Source: Thermodesulfovibrionales bacterium
GTDB lineage: Bacteria; Nitrospirota; Thermodesulfovibrionia; Thermodesulfovibrionales; UBA9159
Assembly: GCA_035622735.1 (NCBI GenBank)
Contig: DASPUT010000077.1
Location: 2,645-66,644, forward strand
Length of the DNA stretch: 64,000 nt
Reading direction: 5' to 3'
The stretch's first letter is position 1. The number at the start of each line of letters is the position of its first letter. Position numbers and translations under genes: made by a program. Shown here in pieces: positions 44,475 through 52,550 of this stretch. Below the pieces are notes generated by a model. It made no database searches, was not told where the DNA came from, and was given only the letters and a program-made list of their open reading frames with translations.

Positions 44475-46784
44475 ATGCGATATGTTTGCGGACTCCCGGT
44501 TATTGTTATATTCGGTTTTTTATTAGTTCTCCCTTTTCCCCAAAATGCTCAAGCCTCGCTCCAAAACGGTGTTCCTTTCGATACATATCTGGATTCAATG
44601 ACTTATGCCAACATCGACATCTACGTACCTGCAGGTGCCACAAAACTCACTGTCACTATCAGTAATGGAAGCGGCAATCTGGATCTCTATTTGAAATACG
44701 GCAGTCCCGCTCAAGGCAACACTGTGGGGCAATTGAATGCTAACGCCGATGTCGTGTCGGCAGGTCCGACAGCGGATGAAACGATTGTGCTGACGCCTGA
44801 GACCACCCCTCCGCTGCACGAGGGGGTATGGTATGTTGCGACCTTGAACCTTAACAACACGAGAACTTATTTTGCATTAACCGCCACTGTGGAAGTTCCG
44901 ATGGGCCAAGCGATTCCAATTCCAACAGAACAGGAAATGTGGGGTTACTCGCCTGTCGAAAAATGCATCGCAAATTATGATGCTGCAAGTTCCAAGCCGA
45001 TATGCATTCAAACCTCCGTCCCGGGTGGTAAGACAATTACGGTCAAAGTTGAGGCCCAGCGATTTGCGGCACCGGTTGATATTTACTTCGGAATCTGTGC
45101 CAATCCGATCGACTCACGAAATATCTACCTCCTGTCATCAGATAACCATCTGCGACCGCTTGCCGAGGGTTATGTCCCTTGGCGCACAAACGTGGCGGGG
45201 CCTTTGAATGAAAATGTTTTGGGGGACATTCCCCTTTCGAGCCTTCCGCCAGGGAGGTATGACCTATATCTGGGGATAGCACTTTTGGGTCGAACAGACG
45301 TTTATTATATCTGGGCCACTTCTTATGTTATAAAGCCCGGGCCTGAGTATGTTGCAGATGGTGATGCCGCTTTTTTCGACGGCACGGTAGTCGTCCCAAA
45401 ATCGAAAATTCAATTTCAGGGTCAGCTTTACGATGAAACGGCTGAAGTACCCGCTAATACTTTAGTTGGTGTCATCAAGTCGGACAAGATCTACCTTTAT
45501 CATACGGCACTTGGTACCGTCACTCTTTCCGATGAGACGACGCGTAAGGCCATCGGACAATTTGTGATGGATTACTTTGAGAACACCTCATCGACAGCCA
45601 CTGCGGGACTCAACACCATTGCGAGTGGCGACCAACTCCTGACCTACGCAAATCCCGCGGATCTCAAGACCGGCGTCAAACTCACGCGACTCGCCGAAAA
45701 AGAGGTTGAAGTTTTGAACGAGTTCCACAGGTGGGCTGCGATAGAGGGGACAGAGGGGAGCGGACCATATTTCCTACCGCCACCGGCTCGTTATCTCGAT
45801 AACAACCTAATTCGTCTCTTTGGCAATTATCTGAAGTTATCGGAGTCCTGGTTCAATGCGAGCAACGAAAACAAGGAAACCGTGTATTTCACTTCAGATT
45901 CTCTGACGATTGAGACGTTCGGGGCAACATGGAGACCACTGCCCTATTTCCTTGCGGGTGCTACCGACATTGCCAATATGGTTGTTTCGTTGCTCTCTGG
46001 GCGATCGAATCCCGTAACGAACATCCCCATTGATGGCGAGGCCATGGCTATCCAGAAAGACCAAAAGCTTGTCGAAGCCCTTTGGAATATTGATCTTGCC
46101 GCCATGCTGTTCGAAGGGATAAAACTCTTCGCCGCCACATTCGATGTGAGCGAGACGCTTGAACCTGTAGTGAATCTGTGTTGCAACACGGCTATGGCGA
46201 TTACTCATGCCTGGATCAATGGTCAGGCGGGAACGCCGCAAGCCAAAGCCAGCGTTAAGAAGGCCATTGAAGATCTGGCCAACGACATTCCGACGGCATT
46301 GATTAATGTTGGTACCGCGGGAGGAGGCACGCCCTTCTTTACCTTGGTAGACGGCATTGCAACCCTGGATTACATGGTTGAGGATGTTGTTATCCACGAC
46401 CTTGAGGTTACTGGGGGGTCAGCCTACGATGAGGTCTCTATGAAACCGGAAACTTCAAACAACGTTGACCTATTCTCTTTCCCTTGGAGGGTATTTTGGG
46501 GCTGTGACGAGACATCCACCTCGTGCGATCCCGTGCCGAATTATCTCAAGTTTTATACAAATTATGTGTATGATCTCTTTGCCTCTCCCGATATGGCAAA
46601 GCCGGACTGGCACGGCAGTTGGTCTCGGGCTGGCTCAACCCTTACGCTCACGCCAACAGACGGCAAAGATTGCGTTTCATCCTATGTCGGAACACTGATA
46701 TATCCCCATACAATCAAGGGATACTACACCCTCGGACCGAAATGCGCAAACCCGGGAGAGAAACATTACTGGATGGCACAGTAA
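44475..46784 (+). CDS. secreted 769-aa protein with N-terminal PPC (pre-peptidase C-terminal type) domain; remainder unknown
   Basis: AGAGGAGGG lies before the ATG. Signal peptide ...LVLPFPQNAQA. PPC-like block YANIDIYVPAGATKLTVTISNGSGNLDLYLKYGSPA...WYVATLN. No family was recognised for the following ~620 aa. Confidence 0.8.
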   Translation: MRYVCGLPVIVIFGFLLVLPFPQNAQASLQNGVPFDTYLDSMTYANIDIYVPAGATKLTVTISNGSGNLDLYLKYGSPAQGNTVGQLNANADVVSAGPTADETIVLTPETTPPLHEGVWYVATLNLNNTRTYFALTATVEVPMGQAIPIPTEQEMWGYSPVEKCIANYDAASSKPICIQTSVPGGKTITVKVEAQRFAAPVDIYFGICANPIDSRNIYLLSSDNHLRPLAEGYVPWRTNVAGPLNENVLGDIPLSSLPPGRYDLYLGIALLGRTDVYYIWATSYVIKPGPEYVADGDAAFFDGTVVVPKSKIQFQGQLYDETAEVPANTLVGVIKSDKIYLYHTALGTVTLSDETTRKAIGQFVMDYFENTSSTATAGLNTIASGDQLLTYANPADLKTGVKLTRLAEKEVEVLNEFHRWAAIEGTEGSGPYFLPPPARYLDNNLIRLFGNYLKLSESWFNASNENKETVYFTSDSLTIETFGATWRPLPYFLAGATDIANMVVSLLSGRSNPVTNIPIDGEAMAIQKDQKLVEALWNIDLAAMLFEGIKLFAATFDVSETLEPVVNLCCNTAMAITHAWINGQAGTPQAKASVKKAIEDLANDIPTALINVGTAGGGTPFFTLVDGIATLDYMVEDVVIHDLEVTGGSAYDEVSMKPETSNNVDLFSFPWRVFWGCDETSTSCDPVPNYLKFYTNYVYDLFASPDMAKPDWHGSWSRAGSTLTLTPTDGKDCVSSYVGTLIYPHTIKGYYTLGPKCANPGEKHYWMAQ

Positions 46785-46956
46785 CGATACTGCAGGGATA
46801 AGAGAAAGGAGATGACTCATATTACAGTAATTTCATTTACAAGAGCTGCAATACGATGTTGACTGATGCAGATTAGGGGCATGATCGAGGCGATAGGCAA
46901 TGGACCGGCTTTTCGGGCCTCGCAAGGCTGATAATGCAACACATCACTTCCAAAAC

Positions 46957-46985
46957 TTGATACTGAATAGTTTCCATGTTATAGT
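46957..46985 (+). promoter_or_regulatory. candidate sigma70-type promoter (TTGATA-17 nt-TATAGT)
   Basis: TTGATA at 46957-46962, a 17-nt spacer, and TATAGT at 46980-46985, about 30 nt upstream of the ATG at 47018. Confidence 0.45.
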
Positions 46986-47017
46986 TTGCAATAATTACTG
47001 TTACGGGGAGGGGAGCA

Positions 47018-47380
47018 ATGAAAAAGATTCTATTGGGCATTCTTCTGATGTTGGCTATCCCATGTATGTCCTTTAGCGCCGATTACAGGGTTTTTGGGTG
47101 GGATAGTAGTGTTCAGGAAGTTGACTGCTTAACCTTGGCTGGTTGCATGCTGGCATCCAAACCAGTGAGTTTCAATAACGATACCGGCTTCATTTTGTCA
47201 CTGGATGGTAACCACTGGGAACTGAAAGACAGCAGTGGAGTGGTAATGCAAGGGGATGCCAATCTCTACTACGATCTGCTTGTTCTTTCATCGAGTGATC
47301 AGTCGGGGGATTTGGCAGTCATCAGCTCTGACGGTATCGGAAGGGCAACCACAGGCTTTTTCTTCCAGTTGAGAGATTAA
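47018..47380 (+). CDS. small secreted hypothetical protein
   Basis: GGGGAGGGGAG lies before the ATG. Signal peptide MKKILLGILLMLAIPCMSFSA. No family was recognised. Confidence 0.6.
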   Translation: MKKILLGILLMLAIPCMSFSADYRVFGWDSSVQEVDCLTLAGCMLASKPVSFNNDTGFILSLDGNHWELKDSSGVVMQGDANLYYDLLVLSSSDQSGDLAVISSDGIGRATTGFFFQLRD

Positions 47381-47637
47381 AGAGACTCCATAGGTTCGAA
47401 TTCAGGAAACAGCTCTGATTTGACATCTGTCTCATCGAAGCATGGGGTAGTAAGGGTAATCGTGACTGTATGAGCTGATGCCTGGTTATGAAAAACGTTT
47501 AGTGTCCGCGAACGGAACTATTGTCCCGCAATATATCTCTATTCAGGCTCGAATGTTTGAGTCCGCTCATAGTGCCTCATCGCAGAGGCATATCAACGGA
47601 AATAAATGTCGAGAAAAAAGCGGATTAGATGCGAGCA

Positions 47638-48585
47638 TCATTCTTTTCCGTCAAACAGTAACCCTTCGGCAGGTCTTACTTCGTCGTTCAAATCACCCTG
47701 GAGCCTTTGCTGATTTCTCTGGTCTTGTCTCTTGTAAATGAGATATTCTTCCTTCTCCATTCCGAGGAGTTGTTTCTTATAGAGGGCTGCCGAATCATAC
47801 CATTCACCGATCCGTTTCTCAAATCGTTGCTCCACAGGAATCTCTAATGTATCCAGATACGCGAGAACCGCGAGATAGAAGCGTGTAACGTTACGTTCCA
47901 CCGAGCCCCTCAGACCGCTGATGTAAACGGGATTGCCGTAGCTGTCCAGACCGGTAACCGTGAATCCGACCTTACCGCTGCCGAATACTTTCATGAGGAA
48001 AGCCCCCCAGGAACTGTAACCATAAGAATAGCTCAAATGAATAAATGTCGAGCCTGTGGTTACCGGCACCGCCTCAAATTCGAAGTGGTGATCCTGTGTA
48101 GAAAAAGGGCCCACATCCGCCGTGAACGCGATGTCGAAATAGAAGTCTTTCAGCGTACTTGCCGGGAATACAAATTTCATGTGGTACGCATCCCCAAGAG
48201 GCTGAGAGAATTTCTTGACGTTATAGATATTGATCAGCCATCTATGACGCAGTTTCTGATACGTACATGCCCTTATGTCAGGATGAAGCAAAACAATCTC
48301 GCACCAATTGGCAGGCACGAGAAGCCCATTTCGTATCGTGTCGAAGGGATAATGAAGGATGCCGTAAATATCGCCGTGAGAGACATTATTATTTTCGGTC
48401 GATTCCAGATAAAAGGGAATCGGGGAAGTGCTTTCCTTCAGTTCTCTTTCAATCTCATGATATTTATCGATAAGCGCCTCCTGTCCGGGAGGCGATGCTT
48501 CCTTACCGTATGAACTCTCATGCCACGGGGAACATACGAGAGATGAAAGCGCAAGGAACATACAGAAAACACGAATCGCTCGCAT
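47638..48585 (-). CDS. secreted hypothetical protein (315 aa)
   Basis: GAGGAGGA lies before ATG 48585; the longer ORF to 48783 has no ribosome-binding site. Signal peptide MRAIRVFCMFLALSSLVCSP. No family was recognised. Confidence 0.6.
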   Translation of the reverse strand: MRAIRVFCMFLALSSLVCSPWHESSYGKEASPPGQEALIDKYHEIERELKESTSPIPFYLESTENNNVSHGDIYGILHYPFDTIRNGLLVPANWCEIVLLHPDIRACTYQKLRHRWLINIYNVKKFSQPLGDAYHMKFVFPASTLKDFYFDIAFTADVGPFSTQDHHFEFEAVPVTTGSTFIHLSYSYGYSSWGAFLMKVFGSGKVGFTVTGLDSYGNPVYISGLRGSVERNVTRFYLAVLAYLDTLEIPVEQRFEKRIGEWYDSAALYKKQLLGMEKEEYLIYKRQDQRNQQRLQGDLNDEVRPAEGLLFDGKE

Positions 48586-48906
48586 ATCGTATCCTCCTCG
48601 AATTATTTTATCATTCCCCCTTCGTCGCCACAATGCCGGGAGTACCCCTGTCATCACCGGCAGAAATGGCAAGAAAACAGGTTCATGAAGTTGTAGGCCG
48701 GCTTCGGTTTCAGCAAGAATCGGGAACATACCGCACTGGGTGAAGCGTCCTACTTTCATACAGGCCGAAGCTTTTTCGGTCAAGCACGAGTTTTCTTCAT
48801 AGGGAAACCTACAACAAATCTATTGATTTTGCGTGTTTTTTGTTTCGTTTCTTGAAAGTCCTGATTATGGAACGAGTCTTGCAGGTATCTCAGTGAGGAA
48901 GGAGAT

Positions 48907-49200
48907 ATGAGTACTCTGTCTGATACCACAAGGCTGATTATGGATGTTTTCTTGCAATACGGGATAGAGAAGCATCATCATCTGTCCCTGTTCAATCTGT
49001 TTTATGCGAAGACTCAATGGGAGAAGTGTCATCAGGATAATTTCACCAAGGCGGTCCATGAGCTTGTGAATAGGGGATTCATGGAATGGGGTGAAGCGTA
49101 TGCATTGGTTCTCACGGAAGAAGGATACCATGCCTTGTCTCACCCAAATGAGGTTGAAAAAAATCGTGAAGGGGCATTGGAGGGTTATGAACTACGGTGA
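48907..49200 (+). CDS. hypothetical small cytoplasmic protein
   Basis: GAAGGAGA lies before the ATG. 97 aa, helical, with no recognised family. It is the first gene of a three-gene same-strand group with the PilZ paralogue. Confidence 0.5.
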   Translation: MSTLSDTTRLIMDVFLQYGIEKHHHLSLFNLFYAKTQWEKCHQDNFTKAVHELVNRGFMEWGEAYALVLTEEGYHALSHPNEVEKNREGALEGYELR

Positions 49201-49375
49201 TTTTGTTTGGTATGCTGCAGCCGCTGCGGTGATCCTCTGCATTCTCGGACCACTGATACTCCTCAGACATGCCGAGAAGAGTGCGGGGAAGCCGGGGTCC
49301 GCTACCAGAGAGCGTTAGATGGGAAAGATTCTGTCGTGCTCAAGGTCCGGACAAGAGAACGTGCGGGTGGGAGCT

Positions 49376-49837
49376 ATGGTTAATAGGAGAAGACATAAGC
49401 GCTTTATTAAACACTGCGATGTCGAATTTTTCTCAGGAGGGATGGGACATGCCGGAACTTCGAGTAATTTTTCATTGCAGGGAATGTTCATAAGAACAGA
49501 TCATCCTCAGGCGCCGGGCACGGTTCTCGACATTTTGCTCTATCTTCCCTATGGCGAGATTTCAAAATTGCGGGGTAAGGTGAAGAGGGCATGGACAAAC
49601 CCCGCTGGGGCGGGGGTGAGAAGACCCAAGAATGGGAAAATCGGGATGGGGGTTGAGGTCATAGAGAAAGATGCCAGTTATCTTCACTTCATCAGGTATT
49701 TGCTTAACTGGTCTCACCTCTCCGGAATATTCGTCGCGCGACAAGAGAAACGTGGAGAAATCTACGCGACAGCTGATCGGACATACCGCGAATGCGGCCT
49801 TGAGGAAACCGTTGAAAAAGTTCCGGATGACTCATAG
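49376..49837 (+). CDS. PilZ domain protein, paralogue of 43125-43553
   Basis: GGGTGGGAG lies before ATG 49376. MVNRRRHKRFIKHCDVEFF...SSNFSLQGMFIRTDHPQAPGTVLD...IGMGVEVIEKDASYLHFIRYLLN is near-collinear with the 43125 protein. Confidence 0.8.
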   Translation: MVNRRRHKRFIKHCDVEFFSGGMGHAGTSSNFSLQGMFIRTDHPQAPGTVLDILLYLPYGEISKLRGKVKRAWTNPAGAGVRRPKNGKIGMGVEVIEKDASYLHFIRYLLNWSHLSGIFVARQEKRGEIYATADRTYRECGLEETVEKVPDDS

Positions 49838-49849
49838 GATGAGCGGAAG

Positions 49850-50266
49850 ATGGAACCGGTAAAAGTGGTCATCAGATATGCCCATGGTGGGCTGATAAAA
49901 GGCTTCACGAATGATTTTTTTCCCAACAAGCCTTTCTTTCACGTTCGCCCGATTGAGTCTGGATCTATCGATAAAGGTGTCGAGATTCACATGAAGGAAC
50001 TTAAGGCAGTATTTTTCGTAAAGGATTTTAAGGGTAACCGCGAATACCATGAAAGGAAACACTTTGCCGACGGCCAGCAGGCTAACGGGCGGCGGGTTGA
50101 AGTGACATTTTTGGATGGTGAGGTGATGGTGGGATCAACATTGGGTTATGATCCCAGTCGTCCTGGATTCTTCGTTACTCCCGCCGATACGGATGTCAAT
50201 AATATACGGGTGTTTGTGGTCTCGACAGCCGTGAGCAAGTTTCGGTTTGTTCAAACCACTTGTTGA
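49850..50266 (+). CDS. hypothetical beta-rich protein co-oriented with PilZ paralogue
   Basis: It starts 12 nt after the PilZ stop. Conserved-looking blocks are LKAVFFVKDFKGN, VEVTFLDGEVMVGSTLGYDPSRPGFFVTPAD and NNIRVFVVSTAV. I cannot name the family. Confidence 0.6.
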   Translation: MEPVKVVIRYAHGGLIKGFTNDFFPNKPFFHVRPIESGSIDKGVEIHMKELKAVFFVKDFKGNREYHERKHFADGQQANGRRVEVTFLDGEVMVGSTLGYDPSRPGFFVTPADTDVNNIRVFVVSTAVSKFRFVQTTC

Positions 50267-50485
50267 AAAATTGACTGGCTTGACATGCAATAGTCAGCAT
50301 TTGCGTTGACACCTCGTGTAACGGAATTACGGCTCGTATTTTCAACTGGAAATCTTTGCCTATTGCTCTCGGGTTGCTTTAACGAGTTCACCGACAGCCC
50401 TCAGATATAGAAAAACTAAACTATGAGAGATTGACTCCAGAAACAAACAGAATCAGCACCTGAAGTGTACCTGATAAATAAGGGT

Positions 50486-50841
50486 TTAGTATCCGGCGTT
50501 GAATTGCTCCATGTCTGCCCACGCATGAATGTTGATGCCGGCAAAAGCACCGATGGTGCAGGCTCCGACTCGTATAAGGAACTTGTTGGAGATCAGATGT
50601 ATAGTCTCCAATTTTGGCTTAATAGCTTTGATGAACTTCTGCTATGCCTCTCTGGCACTACTATCGAATCGGTCATGCGGGTGCACTCCCAGACCATCAC
50701 GAGTTTGTCGGGCATCGACTCAATCATGGATGTGATTTTCCTGACTGCATTTTTGGCGTCCTCTTTGAAGAAGTGACCGTCAAAATGCAGAACCAGACAA
50801 CGGCGGGATTTAATGTCGCACCAATCAATCTTTGGATTCAT
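50486..50841 (-). pseudogene. STAS/SpoIIAA-like small protein gene with one frameshift and one in-frame TAG
   Basis: Frame A (start 50841) reads MNPKIDW...LVMVWECTRMT. After about 50669-50671 the sense continues in another frame as FDSSAREA-TAG(50642-50644)-QKFIKAIKPKLETIHLISNKFLIRVGACTIGAFAGINIHAWADMEQFNAGY-stop (50486-50488). The total length is 356 nt, one nucleotide short of a multiple of three. Confidence 0.4.
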
Positions 50842-50866
50842 GATGTACCCTCCTCAGTAAAACAAA

Positions 50867-51724
50867 TCATTTAAAGGCAAAGTTAAATGACTGATCCACT
50901 CCGCCTTTTTTCAATATTTCAAAAGTGTCCTTGAAATCACCAGTCGTTGTTTTAATATAGCCCTGAATGTCCATTTGATCTCGGACCGACTGGGTCTGCG
51001 GAGAATTATCATCCTTTAAGGTGAGCAGAGCGCGAGCGAGCTTCGCAATTGTCTCTTTGTTCGTCTTCGAGGACACAATCAAAGTATTATCTGGATATTC
51101 TCCTTTGCCTTCGCCGACCGCTTCGAGGTGTGGATACTTATCTTTCATTTTGTCCCAGACACGGTTCTTCACGATCGCTATCTGGCCGCCACCATGTGCG
51201 AGTGCCTCGATGCCATATCCATGTGATGGAACTGGCAGTTTGATTGCATTAACAGATGCGATATTAGGAATGGAATAAAAGTAAAACTCCCCCGCAGAGG
51301 CCAAGGAAGTAAAGATGACATTCTTGCCTGTGAAGTAGTCGGCTGAACCGGTAAATTTGGGCGAACCTTTAGGAGCGAGTATAATAGCAGAATAAGTACT
51401 AATACCCTCCTTACTCAGGGGCCGGACCAATGGATTGGCTACTCCCTTGATCATCATTGTGCCCGCAATCCCGGAACCGCTGAACATGGCATCAATTTTC
51501 CCCGATGCAAATGTCTTTGCCGCGATAGGATAAGTTGGAACCTCAATGAGGCTAACTTGGATCCCTTTATTATTTAAGTATTCTATGAGCGGCGCATATT
51601 TCTTAACGGCACCGCGCATGTCCTCCATGATGGCGAGATTTAGCTGATCTGCTTGTGCAATGCGACCGTTAATGCCTAACAGCAGGAACGTGACGATAAC
51701 ACATACGATTCTTGATAACTTCAT
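50867..51724 (-). CDS. PhnD-like type 2 periplasmic substrate-binding protein (no cognate transporter genes nearby)
   Basis: GAGGAGGAG lies before the ATG. Signal peptide ...LLGINGRIAQA. LNLAIMEDMRGAVKKYAPLIEYLNNKGIQVSLIEVPTYPIAAKTFASGKIDAMF follows the phosphonate/phosphite-binding-protein pattern. Confidence 0.7.
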   Translation of the reverse strand: MKLSRIVCVIVTFLLLGINGRIAQADQLNLAIMEDMRGAVKKYAPLIEYLNNKGIQVSLIEVPTYPIAAKTFASGKIDAMFSGSGIAGTMMIKGVANPLVRPLSKEGISTYSAIILAPKGSPKFTGSADYFTGKNVIFTSLASAGEFYFYSIPNIASVNAIKLPVPSHGYGIEALAHGGGQIAIVKNRVWDKMKDKYPHLEAVGEGKGEYPDNTLIVSSKTNKETIAKLARALLTLKDDNSPQTQSVRDQMDIQGYIKTTTGDFKDTFEILKKGGVDQSFNFAFK

Positions 51725-52550
51725 AATCTCCTCCTCTCAGAATGTTACGTTATGTTTAACGGCATAAGGCCTAATCGCAAGGTTTATGCCAAGATGGAGG
51801 TTCCTTATAATCGATACGTCCAAAGGGAATAAATATCATTAATTTACAATTAGTTAAACTATAGCGTCATTACATTGGTACGCGAAGCGCTCACAAGAGC
51901 TCTCCGCTGAGAAAGTGTCCGGAAATAAGACAAGGTGATCAGAAAGCCTTCAAAGCAAACGGAATTATCAATGCCAGCCCCTTGCGAATAAGATATCCAC
52001 GAATGTGCTGGTGAAATCTGAAATTCACCCTCGTCTGCATCAACGTGTCATCCCCTATTGACACATTTTGAGCGCCAATTGGAGGCAGTAATCAGCACCT
52101 TTCCCTTATGGCTAAGACATGTTGATTTATGAAGTACCTCTCAGGCTTTCTGGCGGATTCTGAGGATATCCAGGGCGACGCTATGCCGGCATATTGAGAA
52201 GGGCCTGTTAAGGCGGCTGAAGCGGGGGGAGAAGGCTCTTTGTTGAAAGCAGCGTGAAAAGCTTGTAGAACTGCTCAAAAGGGCAAGGGATAAACAGGAG
52301 AGGTGGCTAAGTCAATGCCTAACTGATCGCTTCAGGTGTTCAGGAAACTGGTTCGCTGTCGTGACAGCGTGTCATAACATCAGTAATTTCACAGGCGAAA
52401 AAAAACCGCGAAAGAAGGATAGACAACAGGTGAATTCTGTACTAAGATTTTATTAAAGGTGGCCCTTACTGGTTTGACTCAGATAAGACAGAAGCAGCCA
52501 TGAGTCACGCTTCTTAATCCAAAAGACTTTATGAGAGAAGGAGTGAGCTT

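Noticed and set aside
47393-47400. GGTTCGAA T-loop-like strings (also at 57561-57568) considered as hints of tRNA genes.
   Set aside because: The flanking bases do not form a T-stem. No acceptor, D or anticodon arms could be built by eye around either site.
49187-49318. 43-codon ORF encoding a single hydrophobic helix (MNYGDFVWYAAAAAVILCILGPLILL...) between the 97-aa gene and the PilZ paralogue.
   Set aside because: The GGAGGG upstream is only 2 nt from the ATG, which is poor spacing. The ORF overlaps the preceding gene, and small hydrophobic ORFs arise easily by chance. It is mentioned under a finding but not called as a feature.
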